From Eledone cirrhosa (taxonomy: Eukaryota), in the NCBI GenBank assembly GCA_964016885.1, contig OZ024740.1, forward strand, positions 409,076,001-409,140,000: DNA of 64,000 nt, written 5' to 3'. The notes under the pieces are model-generated. The model made no database searches. It had not been told where the DNA came from and was given only the letters and a program-made list of their open reading frames with translations. The translations under genes and the position numbers were made by a program. Positions within the stretch are counted from its first letter, which is position 1. The number at the start of each line of letters is the position of its first letter. Shown here piece by piece: positions 38,610 to 53,693 of this stretch.

Positions 38610-39650
38610 TAGGGTCAACTTGTAAATCCTCTGGGTCTTCCCAGATCCTAAAGGAAGTATACGACCATAAACTGCTTCTTTTCCCCTCCAACTTGGCATT
38701 GACAAGGCTTTATCTGGCTATACCGTAGGAAATCTTATGGGACATATACACCCTAAAGCCTTTACTTTAGCCCTCTAGCCAGGGATTCACAAAGGTTTAG
38801 CTAGCCATAGATCTTATAGGAAGCATACAGGCTAAAACTCCTTCTATCACCATATAATCTCACTTTGATCAGGGATTAGGTGATCCTATGAGAAGTATAC
38901 ACCTTAAAATGCCTTCTTTTACCCTCTAATCTGTCATTGACAGTGTATAGCTAGCCATAGGAGATCTTGTGATAAGTATATGACCTAAAGCTGTTATTTT
39001 CACAATCTCACATGGGTTTAGCTGGCCATATGAGATCCTATAGGAAGTATATAGCCTAAAACTGTTTCTTTCACCTTCTATCCTGTCATTGACAAGGGTT
39101 TAGCTGGTCGTAGGAGATCTTGAAGATCTTGACTTGAAGCCGTTATTGCACTCTAACTTAGGTTTAACTGGCCATAGGAGACCCTATGTGAAGTATAAGG
39201 CCTAGAACTTCTTCTTTCACAGTACTAACTGCGCAGTAACCAGGGTTCAGATGGCTGTAGGAGGGTCCTATATGAAGTATATGCCTACAACTGCTTCTTT
39301 CGCCTTCTAACAATGCATTGACCAGGGTTTAGCTGGTTGTAGAAGATCCTATGGCACGAATATGTCCTAAAGCCGTTATTTTCGGCCTCTGACCTGAGTA
39401 TAGCTGACGAAATGAGATCCTGTGGGAAGTATATGGCCTATACTGCTTCTTTCACATAAAACTGCACCATATGCATAAATCTGCTTATTTTGCCTACTAA
39501 CCTGACATTGATCAGGGTTTAGTTAGACATAGGAAATCCTATGTGATGTATACGCTTAAATCTGATTCTTTTACCCTCTATCCAAGCAATGACTAGTGTT
39601 TAGCTAGCCATATGATGTTGTATGGGAAGTATACAACCAGGAACCTCGCA
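38610..39650. repeat. Diverged ~81-bp satellite, block 2
   Basis: Same unit and orientation as 19920-20678. Confidence 0.85.
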
Positions 39651-40158
39651 TTTAAAAGGGTTTATGAGTATAAAAACTAAGAAGAAAAATTATACGTTCA
39701 AGGGAGAGAACTCAGTTTACTTTATAATTTGCTTCTCTCCCTTTTCTATATATAAACACACACACACACACGTGCGTATCCACACATACACACACTCAGC
39801 CTCGGACTCCACACTCACTGTCTCCCCACCCCCTCTGACCCCTCTCCATCCACACGCACACATTCACCGACTTACACCCCACCCCATGTACACACCGGTT
39901 TACCTATTACCCGAACACACACACACGTACACCTACACACATATACACACACCACCTTCAGCCCTCTCTGCTCGGACCCCCCGTCTCCCTCTCCCCTCCC
40001 CACCCTACACGCCTCACAGCCTTTCACCACTTGTTTCTTTTCATTTAAAAAAAAATTTTTTTACTCTCTAAAAAATTTTTTTCCTCCTCTTTCTCATCCC
40101 CCCTTTTTTTAAATGTCTTTCCCCCACACACCCTCGGAACTCTCTTCCTGCCCACGTT

Positions 40159-40191
40159 TCTCCTGATGAAGGGCTTATGCCCGAAACGTCG
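40159..40191 (+). ncRNA. Minimal type I hammerhead ribozyme motif (Penelope-type); stem I degenerate
   Basis: CTGATGA (40163) - a-gggc ttat gccc - GAAA-CGTC. The palindromic ACGT stem III is typical of minimal PLE hammerheads. Confidence 0.65.
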
Positions 40192-40289
40192 CCCCCACCC
40201 CTACTCTCAAGCATGAAACTAATATTAACATTTGCACTGCCTCTTCGCTTCCACGTTATTTATTTATTTTTTTTTTGTTTACTATCTCA

Positions 40290-40389
<100 letters not shown>

Positions 40390-41010
40390 ACAAGTTTTAT
40401 TTAATTTGTTGGAATTCCGACAAACATAAATGTTTATAACTGATTTAGAGCACTCAATAAGTTACTGGAGTAAATATTCCATGATATTCCATAGTCTATA
40501 AATGCTCAGTCAAAACCAGTGATAATATATTTAACTATGTAGGTTCAACTTCTACAGACTTTAAAACTCGTTTTAATAATCACAAATACTCGTTTAATAA
40601 TATTGGTAAAAAATCTTCAACTTCTCTATCAAACCTGATATGGAACTTAAAATCCAAAAATACGGATTATTCTTTAACTTGGGAAATAATTTCAAAGCAC
40701 CTGCCTACCGAAACACATCTTTATCTAGATTTTGCAAATTGTGTGTTGAGGAAATTTTCTTCATACTTAAATGTAAGAACTCTATTAATATGCGTACGAA
40801 TTTATTTAGTTCTTGTAAACATCGCCTAAATTCAACATTTAGAACTATATATAAATTATAATTACACTTATAATATTTCTACTTATTTCCATATACTGTT
40901 TGCTATATTTCACTTCTTATAACTTCATTTACATATAAGATCCTAACATTTTTAAATTTAAATTTTTAACTTTAACTTTAATTTTAATATTTTTTAAGGT
41001 TTTTTAATTC

Positions 41011-41170
41011 TTTATTTTTTATTTTTATTTTTTATTTTTTATTTTTTATTTTTTATTTTTTATTTTTTATTTTTTATTTTTTATTTTTTATTTTTTATTT
41101 TTTATTTTTTATTTTTTATTTTTTATTTTTTATTTTTTATTTTTTATTTTTTATTTTTTATTTTTTATTT
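41011..41170. repeat. (TTTTTTA)n heptamer microsatellite
   Basis: Direct reading. Confidence 0.95.
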
Positions 41171-42429
41171 CTTAAATATTCCTTTTCATTATTTATTATT
41201 TTTTTACTTCCAAAATATATTTTTTACTTCCAAAATATTTCATATATTTAAAAATTACTTATTTTTAAAAAAATTACTTATTTTAAAAAAAATCTACTTA
41301 TCTCGTATAAAATATTTTTCAATAATTTTTAAGGTTTTTAAAAAAAAAAAAAAAAAAAATGTTTTTAATCTTTTTTAAAGATATTTTAAGGATATTTTGA
41401 ATTTTTTGAATATTTTAAAAATGTTTTTTAAATATTTTAAAAGTATTTTTTGAGTATTTTTTAACTATTTTTAAAAATATTTTTTTAAATATTTAAAAAA
41501 ATATATATTTAAAAGATTTTAAAGATGTTTAAATGTTTTTAAAATGTTTTTAAAATGTTTTTAAAGGATTTTTAAAGTATTTTCCGATAATTTTCCAGAA
41601 TTTTTAATATTTTAAAATATTTTTTAATAAAAATTTGTTAATATCTTTTATTAGTTTTATAACCAATAACTAATTCAGGCTAAATATATCTTTCAATATT
41701 TATATCTTTGACAAAATGGTCTCATACTAACTAACAAACAAACAAAACTGGTGGTTTTTTCCGTATCTTCCCAATTTAAAACATTTAAAATATATAAATA
41801 TTCTTATTAACTCAGTTAACTTAATTACTTACAATAAACATAAACCAATATCCCTCATAGCTCATTAAAACAATTATATATAACAAGATATACACATCTA
41901 TTCATTCATATATCTATTTTTCTATCTATTTTTATATCTATTGATTCTTCTATCTATCTATCTTTCTATCTATTTATTTTTCAACTTAATTTTCAACATA
42001 TTTTTTATATATTTATTTTATATATCTAGTTTTATATATTTATTTTATATATCTATTTTTTTTTATCTACTTATAATAGCAAATATATTATATTATATTA
42101 GAAATGAATTCTAACAACTTAATAATACTAAATATACGTACCATTAGTAGATATAAACTTAAAACTTATTTACATTACTATTCATGCTCTTGTAAATTTC
42201 ATCTCTCTTTCTATCTCATAATATTAATATTGTTTCTCTCTCTTTCTTCCATATCTTTCCCCAGCGTCATTTAAATAAACGGTTGTTTTTTCAATTATTT
42301 ACACATTCATTTGCATATTCATACATAACTTTGAATATTCCTTAATATGTTTCCACTATCCAGTGAATTTCCGACCGCCGATAAGGTTGAATCTTCATGG
42401 GTACGTCTTTATTTATAAAACAAACTTTG

Positions 42430-42494
42430 TATTTTATCTGATGAAAGCGCACCAAGGTTGGCTTGGTTACCCTTGAAATATATATAATAAAATA
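42430..42494 (+). ncRNA. Type I hammerhead ribozyme motif
   Basis: Stem I tattttat/ataaaata; CTGATGA at 42438; stem II aag..accaag/cttggt..ctt; GAAA at 42475; palindromic TATATA stem III; UA cleavage site. Confidence 0.75.
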
Positions 42495-42551
42495 AATATG
42501 GTTTTATAAATATAGTTTCCATTTATTTAATATGGTATATATGTATATATG

Positions 42552-42593
<42 letters not shown>

Positions 42594-42765
42594 AAGGGTG
42601 AATTTGGAAATAGTACTGAAAATATATTTTAGGGTGGTTTTCTTTTTATTCCTTTCTTTGATTCGTCAAAGTGACGAATTGAAAAAATGAGACGGACAAT
42701 TCTTTTTAAAAAATAATTTTATAATGTATATAAAGTATTTAAAGTATTACTCGTTTCGATGTATT

Positions 42766-42920
42766 AGTAGGATTGTCAGTATCGGTAGGCCCTTGCCATT
42801 CTGAGTTCAAATCTCGCCGAGGTTAACTTTGCTTTTCATCCTTACGGGGTCTATAAAATAAAGTACCAGTAATGCACTGGATATTTGCTGGCCTTGTGCC
42901 AAAAGTAGAAACAATTATTA
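42766..42920 (+). mobile_element. tRNA-derived SINE, internally deleted
   Basis: Same B-box, body and tail as 9493 and 11104. Confidence 0.85.
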
Positions 42921-43390
42921 AAATTCATCTTATCAAATGTTGAGTATTACAATTAATAAGAATTGAAAACTAAAAATTAAAGATTTAAAATTAAGAGGTA
43001 AGGTTTTTTCAACTTTCTTGTTGAGAAGGAGATACAGCACAACATATAAATATTCACATAGAAAGACACACACACGCACATTTAAAATCAATGAAAAATA
43101 ATAAATTCAAGGGAGACAATTTACTATCTTTTAATCTCCCTTTTGTCTGTTAAGTGCTAAGCAAACGTGTTTAAAAACTAAGAATACATACACACACGCA
43201 CACACACACACACACATGTATATATATATATACACACACACTTATATATATATAAGCAAAAGGGATATTTAATTTGTTGGTAATTCAACAAATATATATA
43301 TTTATAACTGATTCGAAGCACTCAACAGATTTTCTGGAGTATAATATCAATGATCTTAATAAATGGAAACTATATTTATAAAACCATATT

Positions 43391-43451
43391 AATTCTATTA
43401 TATATATTTCAAGGGTACCAACACTTTGGTACGCACTCATCAGATAAAATA
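43391..43451 (-). ncRNA. Type I hammerhead ribozyme motif (left arm of palindrome)
   Basis: Minus strand: tattttat CTGATGA gtgcgtaccaa agtg ttggtaccctt GAAA tatatata atagaatt. Confidence 0.72.
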
Positions 43452-43568
43452 CAAAGTTTGTTTTATAAATATTGACATATTCAGGAAGGAGTTCTTAACG
43501 GTTCAGGGAAAACTTGAACCGTTAAGATCTCCTTCCTGGATATGTCAATATTTATAAAACAAATTTTG

Positions 43569-43629
43569 TATTTTATCTGATGAGAGCGTACCAAAGTTTT
43601 GGTACCCTTGAAATATATATAATAGAATA
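43569..43629 (+). ncRNA. Type I hammerhead ribozyme motif (right arm of palindrome)
   Basis: tattttat CTGATGA gagcgtaccaa agtt ttggtaccctt GAAA tatatata atagaata. Confidence 0.78.
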
Positions 43630-43658
43630 AATATAGTTTCCATTTATTAATATCATTG

Positions 43659-43688
<30 letters not shown>

Positions 43689-43691
<3 letters not shown>

Positions 43692-44380
43692 CAAACATAA
43701 ATTATCGAAATTCGCATTCCGGCCCACGAAATAACGAAAAACAACCTCCGAGATGTGCGGCAAGTGCTCAATGATTCAGATGAACCAGAGCTATAACAAA
43801 CGTTGAAGACCAAACACACTGAGACGATGGTTAAACAATCATTCGCATAACCAAAAAACGATCAAGTAATTCGGGTATTGAAAATTTACCCGGACTCCTG
43901 GAAGGTTGGTAAAATCCAGTATATGGGTTTCTGCGGCTCCTAAATCAAGTACCGTCCGCTTACATAAATAATGTCAGGTTTCTGGTAAGATGATTGAACA
44001 AGGAAGCCACTTTCTCAACAGGTTTTAGTTCAATGTTAATACAAGGACTGACTATTGCTGACCCCACGTGGGGATCGGCAAGGGAGGCAACCCCTATATC
44101 AGGCGAATGAATTCAGTTGTGTATATTTTTGCAAGAATGCAAAAACATCACAAATCGAATAGAGTTCTCAACAGAAGGGTTAAAATTAACATAAGCTATT
44201 CATCAGTCAATAGAATCAACTAAAAAATCAAGAAAATTAACTGGTCAATAGCTAGAGTCTGGAGAATAATACAAACATAAATTATCGAGATTCGCATTTC
44301 GGCCTACGAAATAATGAAAAACAACCTCCGAGATGTGCGGCAAGTGCTCAATGATTCAGATGAACCAGGGCTATAACAAA
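43689..44380. mobile_element. Unclassified ~690-bp element with ~112-bp terminal direct repeats, inserted in (TA)n
   Basis: atacaaacataaattatcga...gctataacaaa at 43689-43800 and 44269-44380; non-coding interior. Confidence 0.65.
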
Positions 44381-45006
44381 TATATATATATATAGAGAGA
44401 GAAAGAGATCCTATTGGATGTATTCGACCTAAATACCTCTGACCTGGGTTTAGCTGGTTGTAGGAGATCCTATGAAACGAATTTGACCTAAAGCCATTAT
44501 TTTCGCACTCTGGCATGGGTTTAGCTACCCCTTTTGTAATTGATCACTGCTCTTGCCTCGATCTGGGTGGGGAACTAATGTTACGAAATCTGTCCACACC
44601 TTGATTCCTGGGTTACATTTAACAGTCAAATTCTGGGTTACCTCCATTTTGGCGTAAACAAGTCTATGCGTGGGCGATCTCTCGAGGCCACCCCGGTGGT
44701 GCTCAAGGCAGGGTACAGAGGAAGCCTGTCTTAGACCAGGCAAAAGGCAGTTCGAAGCAGTTCCTGATAAAGTAACGATGTAAAACTTTTGCTTTCTACA
44801 GACCTCTTGGGGTCTTACAGACTCTCACCTTCTCTTGTCACTGATCTGTGACTGCTACCTTGCTGCTACGACTAACGAACGATATCTTGTCACACACTAT
44901 TTCAGCATAACGAAATAACAGCAAAAACATCGTCAACTTCTATTATTTTTAGTAATCTTATTCTTTGTTCCTTTATTCACTGAAGTGAAGTAAATTTTAT
45001 ATTTAA

Positions 45007-45219
45007 CCCTTTAGCATTTGCATTACTCTATATTTGCTATTGTATTTTTGTGGTAATAATCTTATATAATTATCTCACATAATATCAAATCTGAGATTTT
45101 TATATTATTTATTTTAAGAACAATACCTTAACTTCAGTATGAATAGTCAGTTATGGCTGGTTTAAACCGAAGGAGGTTGAGAATTCTGGCTGGATATGGC
45201 CGGCTTAATTACTAAAGAG
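45007..45219. mobile_element. TTAA-flanked MITE (piggyBac-like non-autonomous element)
   Basis: TTAA|ccctttagcattt ... aattactaaagag|TTAA; imperfect TIRs. Confidence 0.6.
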
Positions 45220-45259
45220 TTAAACGTAACTATTTATTTTGTAGTGTTATTTCACCTCT

Positions 45260-46720
45260 AACAACACTTACTAACCTTGCTTCACTTCAAGTATACAGAC
45301 TGAAATAGCTTCTTACACACACGAACCTTGCATTTACAAGGGTTTTGAAGCCCTATAGAAAGTATATGTTTTAAAACTGTTTCTTTCAACCTCTAACCTG
45401 ATGTTGACAAGGGTTTACCTGGCCGTAGGAGATCCGATGTGACATATATGCCCTAAAGCTTTCTAACTCTTACTTCTAACTCTTAGCATGGCTTAACTGA
45501 CTGTAGAATATCCTGTGTGCCTAAAATAGCTTCTTTCATTCACTAACTAGGTATTGACCAGGGTTTAGAGGGCCATAGGAGATCCTATGGGACGTATATG
45601 CCTTAAAGCCCTTACTTTCACCCTCTAACCTTGCATTGACAAAGGTTTAGTTGTCTATAAGAGATCCTATGTGATCAATATGACCTAAAGTCATTATTTT
45701 CACACTCTAACATGATATAACTGGCCAAATGAGATCCTATGGGATGTATATGGTCAAAACTGCTTCTTTCACCTTCTAACCCAGCATTGACATGGGTTTA
45801 GCTGGCCATAGGTGATCCTACAGGACATATATACCTAAAAGATCCTATAGGAACTATAAGCTTTAAAACTGCTTCTTTTACCCTCTAACCAGGCATTTAC
45901 CAGGCTTTAACTAGCCAAATGAGATCCTAAAAGATATATATGTCCTTAAACTTCTTTTACCCTCTAACCTGGCATTGACCAGTATTTAGCTGGCCATATG
46001 AGATCTCATGGGAAGTATAGGCCTAAAACTGCATCTTTCACACACTAAACTGGCATTGACAAAGGTTTAGCAGGTCCTAGGCGATCCTGTCAGAAGTATA
46101 CAGTCTAAAACTGCTTCTATCATCCTCGAATATCATTTTGATCAGGGATTAGGTGATCCTATGGAAAGTATACACCTTAAAATGCCTGTTTTACCCTCTA
46201 ATCTGTCATTGACAGTGTATAGCTGGCTGTAGGAGATCTTGTGATAAATATACGACCTAAAGCTGTTATTTTCACAATCTCACATGGGTTTAGCTGGCCA
46301 TATGAGATCCTATAGGAAGTATACGGCCTAAAACTGCTTCTTTCACCTTCTATCCTAGCATTGACAAGGGTTTAGCTGTTAGTAGGAGATCCTATGGGAC
46401 GTATGCACCCTAAAGCCATTACTTTTACCCTCTAGCCATTACTTTTACCCTCTAGCCATACATTAGCCAGTGTTTCACTTCACATATGAGATCCTAAGCA
46501 ATGTATACTCTTAATTCTGCTTCTTTCGCCATCTAACCTTGCATTAATGAACATTTAGCTGGGCGTAGGAGATCCTATAGGATGTATATGGCCTAAACCT
46601 TCTTAAAAATCACCATCTAACCTCATATATATCAGGGATTAATTGATCCTATGGGAAGTATGCACCTTAAAACTCCTTCTTTTACCTTTTAATCTATCAT
46701 TAATGAGTGTTCAGCTATGT
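45260..46720. repeat. Diverged ~81-bp satellite, block 3 (small piece also at ~44405-44526)
   Basis: Same unit and orientation; 46090-46390 closely matches 38820-39120. Confidence 0.85.
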
Positions 46721-47377
46721 TTTTCCATTAAATTTGAACATATGTTCCTTAAGGGTTAATTTTATGCTGGCCCCCACCGCATGTGCAATCATTTTCTTTA
46801 GTTCATCGTGGTGAACCAGCAAGAGGCAGACCAGCAAGAGGCAGACCAGCAAGAAGCAGACCACCTACCATTACCTCAATGGCCAAGAAAACCCACACAG
46901 ATAGATGGAACGGGTGGACCAGAGCCATACGGACCCCCGAAAACCATGATGAACTAAAGAAAATGATTGCACATGCGGTGGGGGCCAGCATAAAATTAAC
47001 CCTTAAGGAACATATGTTCAAATTTAATGGAAAAACATATGCCCAAGAGGAGGGAGCAGCCATTGGTGTTAGCATTTTAGGCGACATAGCTAACCTATTC
47101 ATGGTATGGTGGGACAGTAGACTTAAACTTAAACTTAAAGAACAATTAGAAGACCCCTTAACCCTGATAATGTACTCCCGCTACATTGATGATATAAACA
47201 TCGTAGTTAAAACACCCCCACTAGAGAACAGTCAGGAATTAGAGAAAAACACAATGGAAAGCATCCAGCAAATAGCTAACTCCATCCACCAGAGTATTAG
47301 AGTTACTATAGACTGCCCAAGCAAACACCCCAACCATCGATTACCTGTACTAGACACAGAGCTCTGGTTAGATACCA

Positions 47378-47548
47378 ATCGGTAGAGGGTCGGACGCCAT
47401 GCTTTCCAGCATAGTTACGTCCCTTTACGATCTGAGTTCAAATCCCGCCGAGGTTGACTTTGCCTTTCATCCTTACGGGGTCGATAAAATAAAGTACCAG
47501 TAATGCACTGGGTAATTGCTGGCCTTGTGCCTAAAGTAGAAACAATTA
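47378..47548 (+). mobile_element. tRNA-derived SINE inserted into the Penelope RT
   Basis: Same family as 9493; interrupts LWLDTN...NNKKQILHSHYAKP. Confidence 0.9.
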
Positions 47549-48664
47549 ATAACAAAAAACAAATCCTCCATTCCCATTATGCCAAACCCATGACTTCCAA
47601 ATATCTGATCCACCGAAACTCAGCTGTTTCGGACCATACCAAAATCAACATACTGATTGCGGATTTGGTACGGGTGATGAGAAACGTGTTCCGCATGTGC
47701 AACCCCGAAGAACTAGAGAGACACATACAACACATCATCCACCGTATGCAGTTCTCTGGCTACAATCAGAGAGATAAAATCAGAGTGTATAGAGGAGCCA
47801 GAACCAAATGGGAAAAAATGATAAATAATAACACAAATGGGGCCTGCCCCTTGTATAGGAGCAAATTTTGGAATAGAATAGAAAGAACTAGGAATAAGGC
47901 TAATAGAATAAACTCATGGTATGATAGCAATAAAACCAGAGTGTAATGTTCATCGATACAACCCCTAGAGGTGAATTAGCTTACAAGTTTAGAAGGGCCC
48001 TAAATATTAAGATAGTAGAAAGACCAGGTACCGCCATAAAAACACTTATTAGCAAGACATACCCTTTTCAAAGACCTCCCTGTATAGATAAAAAATGTAT
48101 AATCTGTAAATTAAGCCTCCATATTAACTGTAAAACTAGAAATGTAGTATATAGCATAAGATGTACTGAAGGATGATGTAGAGATAAAAATATAGTGTAC
48201 ATAGGTGAGACAGCTCGTAGTATGGGGGAATGGTTAAATGAACACTGGCGAGACCTTCAAGATAGTAAAGAATCATCTGTACTCTACCAACATGCTAAAA
48301 TAGAACATAAGGATAAATTAGAGAACATAGAAATAAAAATAGAATCTACACACAGAAAAGACGCAAGGTTTAGACAAATCACAGAGGCAATAAACATAAA
48401 TGAACTCCAACCAAAATTAAATAGAAAACATGAGTGGAACAGCAACATCACAACTTACAATTAAGGACAAAATGAAAACACACATGCACATAGAACAAAC
48501 ACCAACCAGTAACATGTAAATAAACAAATAAATTTACGAATATAAACACACACAGACACCTGAATGTAACACATGCGCAAACTAAGCACACAACACACAC
48601 ACAAAAACAAGATGGCGTAGGACAGGACAAAGGAGAGGCACAAAAATAAAGAAAAGAATCCCCA

Positions 48665-48707
48665 GTCACTGAAGAGGTCACAGAATGTGTGACGAAAGGA
48701 CTTTGAC
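48665..48707 (+). ncRNA. Type I hammerhead ribozyme in the Penelope pseudo-LTR
   Basis: gtca CTGAAGA g-gtcaca gaatg tgtgac GAAA g ga c TT tgac: stems I and II intact, minimal stem III. Confidence 0.75.
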
Positions 48708-48914
48708 AATATATAAACAACCATCTGGTTGTGGAACCAACCAACCGGAAATTTATAAATTCCTAAATTTATAAATTTATTATAATAAATTGAAGTGAAA
48801 GCAACTGGTGTGTGTATTTCTTATTGGCAACATGACCCTCCCAAAGTATAACAATATCGGTTTCAACACATGTTTTGAAAAATTTTAATGCTTTTAGCTG
48901 CTTCTAATTTTATT

Positions 48915-49070
48915 TTATTGCATTTATATGAAATTTTCGAGCATTAAACCGCACGTTATTGTCCTCAGCCCATTTGTATATGGCATCCAGTTGCAAAAAG
49001 GTAGCACCACCCAGGTTCTTGATTGCCTGTGCTACCTTTGTGTCATCAGCATAGATACTGAGGGATGTTG
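48915..49070 (-). pseudogene. CR1/Jockey-type RT fragment
   Basis: [11 protein letters not shown]...[21 protein letters not shown]. Confidence 0.8.
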
Positions 49071-49353
49071 TGTGTACTACAGAGGGCATGCATGAGAGAG
49101 CCACCAATATATATATATATACATATATATATATACATATATACATACACACATATATATATATATATATATGTATGTATATATGTATGTATATATATAT
49201 ATACATGTATGTATATATATATAGATATATATATATATATATCATCATCATCATTTTACGTCCGCTTTTCCCTGCTTGCAAGGGTGGGACTGGTCTTATT
49301 CAGCACAGCATCTCTCCACTCGTCACGCTCCCTCGTCATCTCCACCATGAGTA

Positions 49354-49411
<58 letters not shown>

Positions 49412-49960
49412 ATACAATAACAGAGATAGTTTAAAGTTAAACTCTGACTGGTATCCATCTCACTCAACAAACATTAGGTTATATTAAAATATAAACCCAA
49501 TTTAAGTGTTTGGGGTGCTAACAATATGTATAATGTGGAAAAACCAGTTGTATTATTTTATGAGATATAATTAAAGTTAAAGTATATCTCTCTTTCCAAA
49601 CAATTGTTTCATTATAAGTTTTCTACAAGTTTGGGAGAATGTTTCCAGTTTATGTAGACGCCTAATATATATTCATGTAAGAATATATTTAGGTGGGCAC
49701 TTATAAATCATCAGTGGAAGCCCATTAAACATTGATATAAGAAAACAATTTCTTACCGCTGTCAAAAATCATGTCCGTAAAGTTGCTCTCTCTCACCTCG
49801 AATGACCGCCAAATTTGAAATTCCAGCAGTTTTTGACTGATGAAGTATCATAGCGACACGAAGCGGGAAGGAGAGACAACCCACGATCCACGAAATGAGG
49901 AAAAAAATAATATACACGCGGGTTAATTAGTTTTTTTGAAAACATTATCAATCCAACGTG

Positions 49961-53470
<3,510 letters not shown>

Positions 53471-53489
53471 TGGGGTCTCTATCATTCCA

Positions 53490-53660
53490 CTGCAAAGTGG
53501 AGGTGCCACGGCAAAAAATCACCCACCACTCACTGTAAATGAGGTTGGTGTTAGGAAGGGCATCCAGCTGTAGAAATCAACCCAGAATCAGTTCCCATCC
53601 CACCCTTGCAAGCAGGAAAAAGCGGACGTAAAATGAAAATTATGATGAAATGATGATGAT
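53490..53660 (+). mobile_element. RTE-type 3'UTR/tail module, possibly the tail of the preceding SINE
   Basis: ggtgccacggcaaaaa...ctcactgtaaatgaggttggtgttaggaagggcatccagctg...(GAT)n. Confidence 0.75.
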
Positions 53661-53693
53661 ATATGTATATATGTATGTATATATATATATATA

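Larger units (their letters stand above)
40392..42535 (+). mobile_element. 5'-truncated Penelope-like element: inverted tail fragment + GIY-YIG C-terminal remnant + long AT-rich 3' region + hammerhead
   Basis: ~40525-40850 reads NYVGSTSTDFKTRFNNHKYSF...TSLSNLIWNLK...TWEII / AYRN...CKLCVEEIFFI...INMRTNLFSSCKHR (one frameshift). 40403-40490 resembles 43271-43350. Confidence 0.75.
46800..48860 (+). mobile_element. Decayed Penelope-like element (RT + Cys-rich linker + GIY-YIG endonuclease + pseudo-LTR), possibly Neptune-type
   Basis: RT: FKFNGKTYAQEEGAAIG..IANLFM, YSRYIDDI, LPVLD. Linker PCIDKKCIICK...NCK. EN: NVVYSIRC, YIGETARS..EH, EAININELQPKLN. Frameshifts and a SINE insertion. Confidence 0.93.

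Noticed and set aside
44045-44120. HDV/CPEB3-like ribozyme (ccccacgt…ggcgaatg)
   Set aside because: The L3- and J4/2-like words are present, but P1/P2/P3 cannot be paired consistently by eye.
49830-49870. Hammerhead candidate CTGATGA agtatc atagc gacac GAAG
   Set aside because: GAAA is mutated, stem II is mismatched and there is no stem I/III partner; at best a relic.
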